Below are positions 12,840 through 21,796 of a stretch of DNA of 64,000 bases, in pieces. The notes under the pieces are model-generated. The model worked only from the letters and a program-made list of their open reading frames with translations. It did not search any database and was not told where the DNA came from. The first letter of the stretch is position 1; each line of letters opens with the position of its first letter. The stretch is from Botryllus schlosseri (lineage: Eukaryota). Location of the stretch: assembly GCA_051294905.1 (NCBI GenBank), contig CM119371.1, positions 1,426,001-1,490,000 on the forward strand, read 5' to 3'. The position numbers were made by a program, and so were the translations under genes.

Positions 12840-13850
12840 CAATACACCACAAAATTGCGATACAATGAAAAGATAGGAAGATGTCGAAACCACATGGAGT
12901 AGTCTTTGGAGTCAGACAACCACCATGGCCTAGGCCAGGGGTGGACAACCTTTTCGGCTTAAGGGCAACATAAGATTTACGAAGCATTGTGCACGCCACT
13001 TGTACGTTGATGTCCTTTTAGTCGTCCGATAATAGCGGGCCGGATTAGGTAAAGGTAAAATGGACAAAAATAAAAACAACAAAATCGATAACACTTATGT
13101 CACAAAAACTCTCTGCACATGTCCGAGCCGCGCGAAGCGCGAATTTTTTCAAAGGTTAATAAAAGAATGTTAGTTGCATATATTTTGGTGGGTCTTTCCT
13201 GTATACCGCTGGGTTCATTTTACCAGGACATGATTAATCGGCGGTTGGACATATCAATATCGAAGATTTCAGTGAAAGTTGCGTCTATCACTTTGTGCAA
13301 TGATTTCATCGCTGAAGATCTTTCCGCGCGTGCAGACGCCAAGTCGCATGTCGGACCATACATTCTCGCATAATTGCCGATATAGTTACACTTAATTCCG
13401 TAAATTAGGCGTATTTTTGATTTCCGTGAGAAGGTAACACTACTAAAAGCAATAAATCGCACGCAGTTCTGGAAAATATTACCGGTAAGTCAAATTAATT
13501 TTATAAATCGTAAATATTCCCCTTTATGGTCATATACGGTGATCTACGAAAATGTTGATGCCCCTGGCTACGCTAATACGTCGGAACTGATATTTTAGTC
13601 ATGAATGTCCCAATGTCCGTGGTCAGGCTAATCATATTTTCGGCTGCTCTTGCAAGTTCACAATAAATTACCTGGCTAATTTATTTTTTGATATTATAAG
13701 TAATTTCAAGAATTGCCTTGCGGGCCACTCAAAACCTTCTCGCGGGTCACGGGTTGGCCGGCCCTGGCCTAGTCGAGGTAAAGAGGACTCATGTAAACTG
13801 AATGAGAAGTAAAAGTAGTACAGAAAAAAAGCAAGCGAAAACTGGAGTGG
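12840..13850 (-). repeat. LINE 3'-UTR-like dispersed repeat split by a MITE
   Basis: Removing 12936-13766 rejoins a sequence (ATGCCACTC...CTAGGCC...CTTCCTATCTTTTC.TTGTATCGCA.TTTTGTGG) homologous to 55960-56135, which follows a LINE ORF2 stop. Confidence 0.6.
12936..13766. mobile_element. Buster/Charlie hAT MITE
   Basis: CAGGGGTGGACAACCT...GGGTTGGCCGGCCCTG; TSD GCCTAGGC/GCCTAGTC; same family in inverted orientation at 38137-38859. Confidence 0.85.
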
Positions 13851-14629
13851 CATTTCACTGAAAACGAGATCGATAGATAGTCAGTAACAATAACAGTATC
13901 AGTTCTGCTCGATTCGCTCAACAAAGAGCTATGTGATGGATTAGCTGCATCCTAATGATATCTATGGCACAATGGCTTGCAAGCAAGAAGTTCAAAAACC
14001 ACATCCAAAGACGACAGTGCCTGATTTCTCTCTCTATATATAATATATCGCTTGATTTATTCATTTTCGTTTCAATCTGACGTCCTTCACTTCGGACGCT
14101 CAAGCGAGACCGCTGACAATGACACTTTCATTCGGTTACCTTTTCAGACTATTGATTTTGTTAAAGTCAGGAACGCTGCGTTTTGCTGCAATGCCTTTTG
14201 CGGATCTAGGGGGATTCAGGTGCGTGGTACTTGACTTGTTTTATAGATATGCATGGATTTTCACGGAAAATTACTTCCGCGTATTGCGTTACTTTGTTGC
14301 TGCGTACCGGCAAAACATGTAAGTTTCAGCTGTCTCGCCAGGCCGTTCGTGAAATAAGAAAGTACCATATTTGACAGCTCTGCGCGCATGAGGGGACAGC
14401 GAAATGCTGTCATGTAGTGTCAAACCCAAAGAACATGAAATGGTATTCATGATTGATTGAATAACGAAGAGAGAAGCTAAAAAAAAAACAGACATCCTGC
14501 AAATCTTAAACTTTTCGAGTATCTAATACCCTAATATATCAAAAAATTATAAATGAAAATCTTTACTGCAACTTTCCAAATGCAATAAAAACTTTCCATA
14601 GTAATGATTACACTTTCTTATGTAGAGAG

Positions 14630-15026
14630 CAGGGTTCTCAAAGGCTTGGCCATGGCCCACTGGTGGGCCACATGAGTAATGTAAGGTACAGTGATTTTTA
14701 TCGACAACTATTACTTGATGTCTTGAAATTGACTCATGAATTTTGCTCCCAGTCAATTGGCATTACTGATACGCCGGGTCAAGTCATGTCAAGTCATTTT
14801 AGCAACGTGACTCGAGTCAAATCAAATCACACGAAAAAAGGTATCTAGATTCTGACTTGAGTCAAGTTATGACTCGAGTACTCCCAACACTGGAAATAGT
14901 CATGTCGGCAGCTGCTATTTCCACACATTGAACAGGGCTATGACTCTAGGTAGGATAAGAGGTGGGCCATGGAACATTTTGAAACCTGAAAATGGGCCAC
15001 GGTCAAAAGAAGGCTGAGAATCCCCG
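14630..15026. mobile_element. Degraded Buster-type MITE containing a GACTCGAGTC-family fragment (about 14760-14890)
   Basis: CAGGGTTCTCAAA...GGCTGAGAATCCCCG ends; TSD matches only 6/8. Confidence 0.5.
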
Positions 15027-15288
15027 ATATAGAGGTTACCAGGGCTGAAACAACAGGGCTGAGAAAAATATAGATTACTCGGCAGTAAAGTGTAAAGAAA
15101 TCCTGCAAATGGTATTATTTTTAATTAGGACAGTGTCATCAAACCTAATCTTGTTGCGCCTACAACAGTATGACGGCCATCTTCAACGGGCCAGAGATCA
15201 GGTGTTGCTCAATGTAACCTAAAACAATTACAAGGTTTCTTCCATATTTAATCCTGGTAACACATCCGGACTATTGCGCAAAATTCTC

Positions 15289-16411
15289 GGCACTTCTTCG
15301 TTATTCCCCACACATCGAAAAAATGATCCCCATGACACCAATAAATGTTTCCCCATGAACATAAACAGAAAAATTTATAAACGTCAAAATGAATTGTTTT
15401 TCGCGTTGGGGTGGGATAGACGGATATTAGGGAAGGGGGATATTAGGATGGGTTAGGATATCCTAAGATTAGGGTTGGGGATATTAGGGTCGGGAGATAT
15501 TATGGATGGGGAGGGAGATATTAGGGTGGGTTAGGGTTAGGATATCCTAAGATTAGATTTGGGGATATTAGGGTCGGGAGATGTCAGGGATGGGGAGGGG
15601 GATATTGGGGTGGCTTAAGATATCCTAAGATTAGGGTTGGGGAGATTAGGGATGGGGAGGGAGATATTAGGGTCGGTTAGGGTTAGGTTAGGATATCTTA
15701 AGATTAGGTTTGGGGATATTAGGGTCGGGAGATGTCAGGGATGGGGAGGGGGATATTGGGGTGGCTTAAGATATCCTAAGATTAGGGTTGGGGAGATTAG
15801 GGATGGGGAGGGGGATATTAGGGTGGGTTAGGATATCCTAAGATTAGGGTTGGGAATATTAGGGATGGGGGATATTAGAGTGGGTTTGGGTCAATGATGG
15901 GGTTAGGATATCATAAGATCAGGGTTGGCAGGGAAGATAACAATATTTCAAACCCTAATTTCGGGATACCCTGAGCCCAAATTTAACCCTAATCTCGGGA
16001 TACTCAACCTTGACCCTAACCTACCCTAGCACCCTCACCCGCAACCCTAATCTTAGGATATCGTAACCCACCCTAATAACCCCTTCCGCAGCCCTAATCC
16101 TAGGATATCCCAACCTTGACCCTAACCCATCGTAATACCCCCTTCCCCAACCCTAATATCTCCACCCAACCCCAAAAAAACCTTCCCACAACCCTAATAT
16201 CTCCCACCCCGACCCTAATCTTAGGATGTCCCAACCTTGACCCAAACCCTCCCTAATATTCCCTTCCCCGACCCTAATATTCCCCTGGCCCTAATCCTAA
16301 CGCTAAAAACAATTCATTTTGACGTTTACAAATTTTCACATGTTCATGGGAATCATTTATTGGTTTCATGGTGATCACTTCTGGATGTGTGGGGAATAAC
16401 GAAGAAGTGCC
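15289..16411. mobile_element. Foldback DNA transposon with telomere-like internal tandem arrays
   Basis: About 125-bp TIRs, first 28 nt identical (GGCACTTCTTCGTTATTCCCCACACATC); perfect 8-bp TSD AAATTCTC; G-rich TTAGGG-type array 15410-15930 facing a C-rich CCCTAA-type array 15950-16300. Confidence 0.92.
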
Positions 16412-16744
16412 AAATTCTCTTATAGCTATCTTCTCATCCACCACTATACTCCAATGAATCTTTGCTGTATACTGACTGCTATTACAAATATCTACCTATC
16501 CCTGTAGTAGATCAGTCTTCCTTACCGCGACATGATTCCTGCTGCATGATTTGGTAAGAATACTAAGCGACTGTCCACCGTGTAGTTGTCGTTGTTGTTG
16601 CCGACATGGTCGAGTTATCATATTGTGACGTTCGGCCATGACAGCCGGCTTAACCTAAGGTTACGGAAGGGTAGTAGGACCAGAGTACACTCTGGTAGGA
16701 CGACAAGGACGTTCATTCATTGCGTAAGAATTAGTCTGTAGATC

Positions 16745-18146
16745 AATGAAAGCATTGAAGGGGGCGCGAAGAAGCGGTCAAGTAAAAAAAAATTCGCGCT
16801 TGGCGTGTTCATGCGTGATTCTTCATATACAGACCGAATTTCATATTTTTAATTTTTTCATCAGCACTCATAACCTTCCATGCCATCAAACAATCTGTTA
16901 AGGTTGCTAGCATCCCGGTTGGATTTTGTGATATGACTATAAGGTAGGGTTGCCATACGTCCGGAATTTCCCGGACATGTCCGGAATTTCACTGAAAAAT
17001 CTGCGTCCGGGAGGAATTTCTAAAATATGCTTAAATGTCCGGAATTATGAAGGCTTGAAGTAGGCTAAACAAGTTTTTCGTAAATCAACAGAAACAATAT
17101 TATTTTCCAGCAGACTACTGCTATTCGAAATTCTTCTTCGCGCCGCGCGCGAGCTAATGAAACGTATCTTGATATTAGTATGGGCACCAGGCGTCACCCT
17201 CACAAAATATGCAATCAAAAATATATATACATAACCATCATTTACTGAAATAAGTCGAATTGAAATCGCAATTATAAGCTAACGGTATATTCCTAGAGTT
17301 GGTTAAGGCCGATTGGATGCTTCAGTCACAGACAGTGATTCCAAATCTTGGACTCGTTTGCCTTTATCTGGGGATCGTGATGATGTTGGACGTAATAAGC
17401 TTCCTAGGTCGTGAGTGAGTTTGGGCAAGCTGATTTTTTTTACTAATCAGCTTATTCAAGTTTTGAGCTGGCCCATGGAACATTTTCCAAGAGGGAAATG
17501 AGGTCGCGACCATAAAAGGTTGGAAATCACCGGATGTGTAGCCTAACCTGCTGGTGAATTATATAGTAGCCTAATATATGGAAGAATCAATATTATTGAC
17601 AGAATTCATTCATAAAATTTAGCAGCCAAATGCATATAGTAACTGCCCAAAAAGTTACATCGATTACCATGTGATTGGCCCGAGATCAGTGCATTTTTGG
17701 GGCGGAAGGGGGCAGAAAAAATGTTGTTTCGGACCTGATTAAAACACACAATCAGATAGCCGAACTGACCAAACAGTATAGCAGGGCTGTCAAACACAAT
17801 ACCGACAGGCCAGACACGGCCCGCCGGACGATTTCATTCGGCCCGTGGATAAATCTATTGCGGACCCCAGCACGTAGCAATCACCAAAGCTAACATTACA
17901 GATGGCCCAATTCTTGACCTATGTTCCTCTCCATTTCTGTATACAGTCGATTGGAAATGCGTTGCTAGTGTGACGTCAAATTAACAGACAATATGTTATA
18001 CCGCATTTTTAAATCCGCTAGTGGGCGCTAAAAAGTGTCCGGAATTTGCTCCACAAAAATATGGTAACCCTACTATAAGGGGGACGCGAAATTTTTCACT
18101 ATCAAAAAGGGGAGCGTGTCTAAAAAAGGTTGATCGAGAACCACTG
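16745..18146. mobile_element. Buster-type MITE interrupted by the 16945-18072 element
   Basis: After removing the insert, GATTTTGTGATATGACTATAAGG|GGGACGCGAAATTTTTCACTATC...AGAACCACTG aligns with the MITE at 31752-32070. Left boundary approximate. Confidence 0.65.
16945..18072. mobile_element. hAT element, TAGGGTTRCCATA-ended family
   Basis: TAGGGTTGCCATA...TATGGTAACCCTA; TGTCCGGAATTT subterminal repeats; perfect TSD CTATAAGG. Confidence 0.9.
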
Positions 18147-19430
18147 CTTTAGAGGATTGGCAATCCGAGACTGGATAAACTACTCCATGTACAAAGTAGC
18201 ATTTGCAGGGGTTTTCTCTTCGCGATTTCCGCTGATAGCCACAATTTATGTACTTTTGAGACAATCTATTGATGAAGATTGTTGGGAATACGGATGGTGT
18301 CCAGTATAGCTTCACTTATTAATACATGCATTGAAGATGAAGAGTAATAGAAGATCAAGGTGAGGATCTTCGCACATGAAAAACTGTCTCAGATTTCTAC
18401 ATGTCGTATAATCACTGATGGCGTGTTGAATGGGAGATATTCACGCCCATGGTCAGATCAGTAGAGGGACAAAAGTTCAATCTAATCATACTTTATAACA
18501 AGGATCGGCAACCTACGGCCCGTGGGCCGGATCCGGCCCGCCACGCGAAATCGTCCGGCCCGCGGCATCATAACTAGTTGTCACAAGAATACGGCCCGCC
18601 GTTTCTTGTTGAGTTTCAAACTTCAGTGCCAGCACTGTTTAGACCAGTGGTTCTTAACCTTTTTTCTTCCAGCGCCCCCTTTCAAAAATTATCGTGCTCC
18701 AGCGCCCCCCAACTTCATATTGTAAAGAATGTAATAAAGACAATGAGTAAGAGGGAGGGCCGTAATAGCACTTCGTCAACCCCCCTAAAAACGATTGCCT
18801 TGCGCACCCATAGCGTGATAAACTGGACCTCTTGAGGGCTTCGCCCTCACGAACCCCATATCGTGATTTTGATGGTCAGCAAAGTTTGTGTGGCCTGGTC
18901 GCCCTAGGTACCACAATTTTTTATAATGCATGAATGGAAAGGTGGTAATTACATATATAAGTCGCTATAAACTTTTTATCCTCCCAGCCCACGTAATCAG
19001 ATTTACCAGTAGCACTGAGTGAGCTGTTGTATAGGAAAATAAAGGGCACGTACTTATTAATTAAACATTCTCGGGCGTGCCCGCAGGTACAATTATTCGT
19101 TACCAGGGCCGTAACAGTACTTCGTCAGCCCCCCTACAAACAAAAAACGTTGGTCCAGGGCTCCATCGGGTGCTAAACCAAACTTCCGGGGGACTTCACT
19201 CCCAGACCCCCATTAGGCTGTCCGCTATTTGCTGATAGCCTATTAGGTATCTACATTGGGTGTCCATTTAATGAGGCAGCCATGCTCGCCTTGTCGCGTG
19301 AAGCGCGAAAAATTTCACTAATTAATGATTAAATTGGTTAATATCATCGGGAATTGCATGTAAATTCAGATCAATTTTTATCCTCTCTCTGCTCACGTAT
19401 CAACATTTACCGGTAAAGCTGAATGTGGTG

Positions 19431-19616
19431 CAATGTTCCCTCTAAGCTGCGCACGTGCGCAGTGCTGACACGGTCTCTGCGCACAGGAAATCTACGTTGC
19501 GCGCAACAAATCCGAAGTTATTACCCTTTTTTTAGTCGTTACGCACTGTTGTCCAAGGGTCAGTGCAGTGAGTTGTTGAGTGTGCCCAGACTCATCAAAA
19601 CTTAAAGCGAACATTG
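19431..19616. mobile_element. CAATGTTCCCTCTAAG-family MITE
   Basis: CAATGTTCCCTCTAAGCTGCGCAC...CTTAAAGCGAACATTG; related copies at about 35775-35930, 45655-46386 and 47050-47250; no TSD recovered. Confidence 0.65.
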
Positions 19617-20132
19617 TGAGGATTCTTGGAAACTAGGGCATGTAACTACTAATTAAACATATTCGGGTGGGTGAGCCCGTTGGTATGACTTCGTTGCATG
19701 ATGTTATTTCGTGACCCCCTGTCTGCAATATCAAAAAATATAGAATCGCTCATCGGGGATATCGCCCAACAGGAATATCCCTGTCGCCCAATTGTACTAA
19801 AGTAAACGACGCACACGATTTCAGATTGGTATTTCTTCACTGACATATAATTTTCCCTGACAGATGGAATTCGGCTTCTGGGGTTCAGATTGCCAAGACA
19901 GGAACATTCGGTGTCAGTCATTTAGGCGCCCATGGACAATTAAACCTATATGTATTTTGAAGGCTATATGTGTGGTATTGTGATGTGCATCATGTGAACC
20001 ATTGCACAAAGTAGTGTACGGCGGCGACCTTTAGTCGTGGTCGGGGAGAAGCAGGAGAGCTGTGGGGGAGTGTGCACGTGCTGTGTCAGTTGTCGTTGTT
20101 TTCTACTTTTGAATACATACATCTTTATTACA

Positions 20133-20144
20133 AGCTATCGCGGC
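20133..20144 (+). promoter_or_regulatory. Candidate non-canonical primer-binding site AGCTATCGCGGC
   Basis: Directly follows the 5' LTR; reverse complement GCCGCGATAGCT fits tRNA positions 1-12; no TGG-type PBS in the 16 nt before the gag ATG. Confidence 0.65.
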
Positions 20145-20148
20145 CAAG

Positions 20149-20925
20149 ATGGCAAACGTAATGTTGACGGACATCGTTAAGAATTATGTGGATTGGGAGA
20201 CGTCAGGCGACTTTGCTGAATGGATAGAGAAATTGGAATTGGTTGCCGAACTGAAAAAGATGAAGGGGTCTCTTGTGACTATATTACCGTTATTGCTCGA
20301 AGGGCCGGCATTTGCGGTGTATAAACAATTGTCCGAGGATACCAGAAAAGACTACGAACTGCCTAAAGGAGAAATGTTGGCAGCTTTTGGAGTGGATTGC
20401 TATGTGGCATATGAACAATTCCGTAACAGGGTACTTCAAGCGGGGGAATCAGTTGATGTATTTTTGTCTGATTTGAAGAGGCTGGGAACGTTGATAGGGT
20501 TGAGCGGGGCTGCGGCAGAGCCAATAATCAAGTGTGCATTCGTTGCTGGTCTGCATGCGGATGTCAAGATACAGCTTAAGTCTGTCGCCGAGGTGGAGAA
20601 ATTGGAGTTGAGCGCTATTGCAAAAAGGGCACGTACATTATTATCCACAAGAGATGGTGAAAGTGTGTTATGTGCGGCTGGGGCACGACGTAGAGTGGAC
20701 GGCCCCTGTTACAGGTGTCATAATGTGGGTCACATCGCCAGAGACTGCCCGAATGGAAATAATACTGGTGCTGTACGAGGCCAAGGATTTTATGACAGTG
20801 TCCAGCGGCAGTGCTTTGCATGTGGACAATGGGGACATATGGCCTGGCAATGTAGAGGATTGCCGGCTGCGGGAAAAGACCTAGGAGGGACGTTGGCACC
20901 GGACGTCCCCTGCGCATCGCACTAG
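20149..20925 (+). CDS. gag: Retrotransposon Gag, 258 aa, two CCHC zinc knuckles
   Basis: CYRCHNVGHIARDC and CFACGQWGHMAWQC; ATG 16 nt after the LTR; uninterrupted ORF. Confidence 0.9.
   Translation: MANVMLTDIVKNYVDWETSGDFAEWIEKLELVAELKKMKGSLVTILPLLLEGPAFAVYKQLSEDTRKDYELPKGEMLAAFGVDCYVAYEQFRNRVLQAGESVDVFLSDLKRLGTLIGLSGAAAEPIIKCAFVAGLHADVKIQLKSVAEVEKLELSAIAKRARTLLSTRDGESVLCAAGARRRVDGPCYRCHNVGHIARDCPNGNNTGAVRGQGFYDSVQRQCFACGQWGHMAWQCRGLPAAGKDLGGTLAPDVPCASH
20871..20877 (+). promoter_or_regulatory. Probable -1 ribosomal frameshift heptamer G GGA AAA
   Basis: XXXYYYZ pattern in the gag frame just after the second knuckle; a -1 slip enters the open frame GKRPRRDVGTG...VLPFVPVEICG leading to the protease. 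Confidence 0.6.
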
Positions 20926-20936
20926 GGGGAAGAAAG

Positions 20937-21796
20937 GTGCTACCATTTGTGCCTGTGGAGATTTGTGGCATTGTGACAAATGGTCTTGTTGACACTGGTT
21001 GTGAACAGTCAGTCATTCGTGAAGACCTGTGTAAGCAACTGGGTTTTACACTTGAAGGATCGTATGGAGTTGTAGAAATGTTAAATGGAGCACTCACTAA
21101 TTGCCCAGGGGAGGTTCGGGCCAAGGTGACGATTGATGGTGTTGTTGTAGAGACTGAGTTTTTAGTGGCTTCAGATTTGGTGTATGATGCAAAAATAGTT
21201 CTGGGGGACGATATGGTGAAAGCGCTTGGTGGCGTTGCAGTTGATGCTGAGCTCAACGCGAAGTTTGGGCTTCCAGTGATCAGGACATGTGCTGTGACAA
21301 AGGTGGTTTCAGAAAGTCAGCCAGTGGAAAAAGTTGACTGCGACTACCAAGCTATGTTTGAAGGGGTGAAGTGGACGGTGAACGATGGCGAGGTGCGGAA
21401 ATGGAAGAGAGATGGAGAACTGCCTGTGGTGGCAGAAACCCTGACCAAAAGAGAGTTATTTTCAGTCTTTGGGAAGTTGATTGGACACTACCCAGTGGCT
21501 GGATGGTTGAGAGTGGCATGCAGTTACGTGGAAAGACTAACCGACGAAGTTGAATGGGATGCAGTTGTTTCAGGACAAGTGAAGACTCTGGCCGGAGAGA
21601 TTATGGCCAAGGTGCGGAGACAAGATCCAGTCAGTGGGAGTTGGCGAATGTCTCCAGGTGGTCGGGTGGAAGTGTGGTGTGACGCGAGCAATCTGGCGGT
21701 AGGATGCTGCGTGAGAGTAAATGGTGCCGTTGTAGAAGACGCGGCGTGGATGCGGAAGCAGGATGATTTTATGCATATCAATGTTGCGGAGTTGGA
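20937..21796 (+). pseudogene. pol: Deleted pol: aspartic protease fused in frame to the post-RT tether and RNase H N-terminus
   Basis: Protease LVDTGCEQSVI; then KRELFSVFGKLIGHYPVAGWLRVACS and RNase H WCDAS...HINVAELD running into LTR sequence; no YxDD motif; only about 150 aa separate the protease start from the tether. Confidence 0.8.

Noticed and set aside
15274-15831. Gly/Arg-rich ORFs at 15274-15456 and 15637-15831
   Set aside because: Translations of the G-rich repeat array.
15410-16300. Head-to-head TTAGGG/CCCTAA arrays as a telomere-telomere chromosome fusion scar
   Set aside because: The arrays are enclosed by 125-bp TIRs and a perfect 8-bp TSD, which indicates a transposon insertion.
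18073-18315. THAP-like VFPTIF motif in a minus-strand ORF
   Set aside because: No C2CH zinc ligands at the right spacing; the ORF runs into a MITE end.
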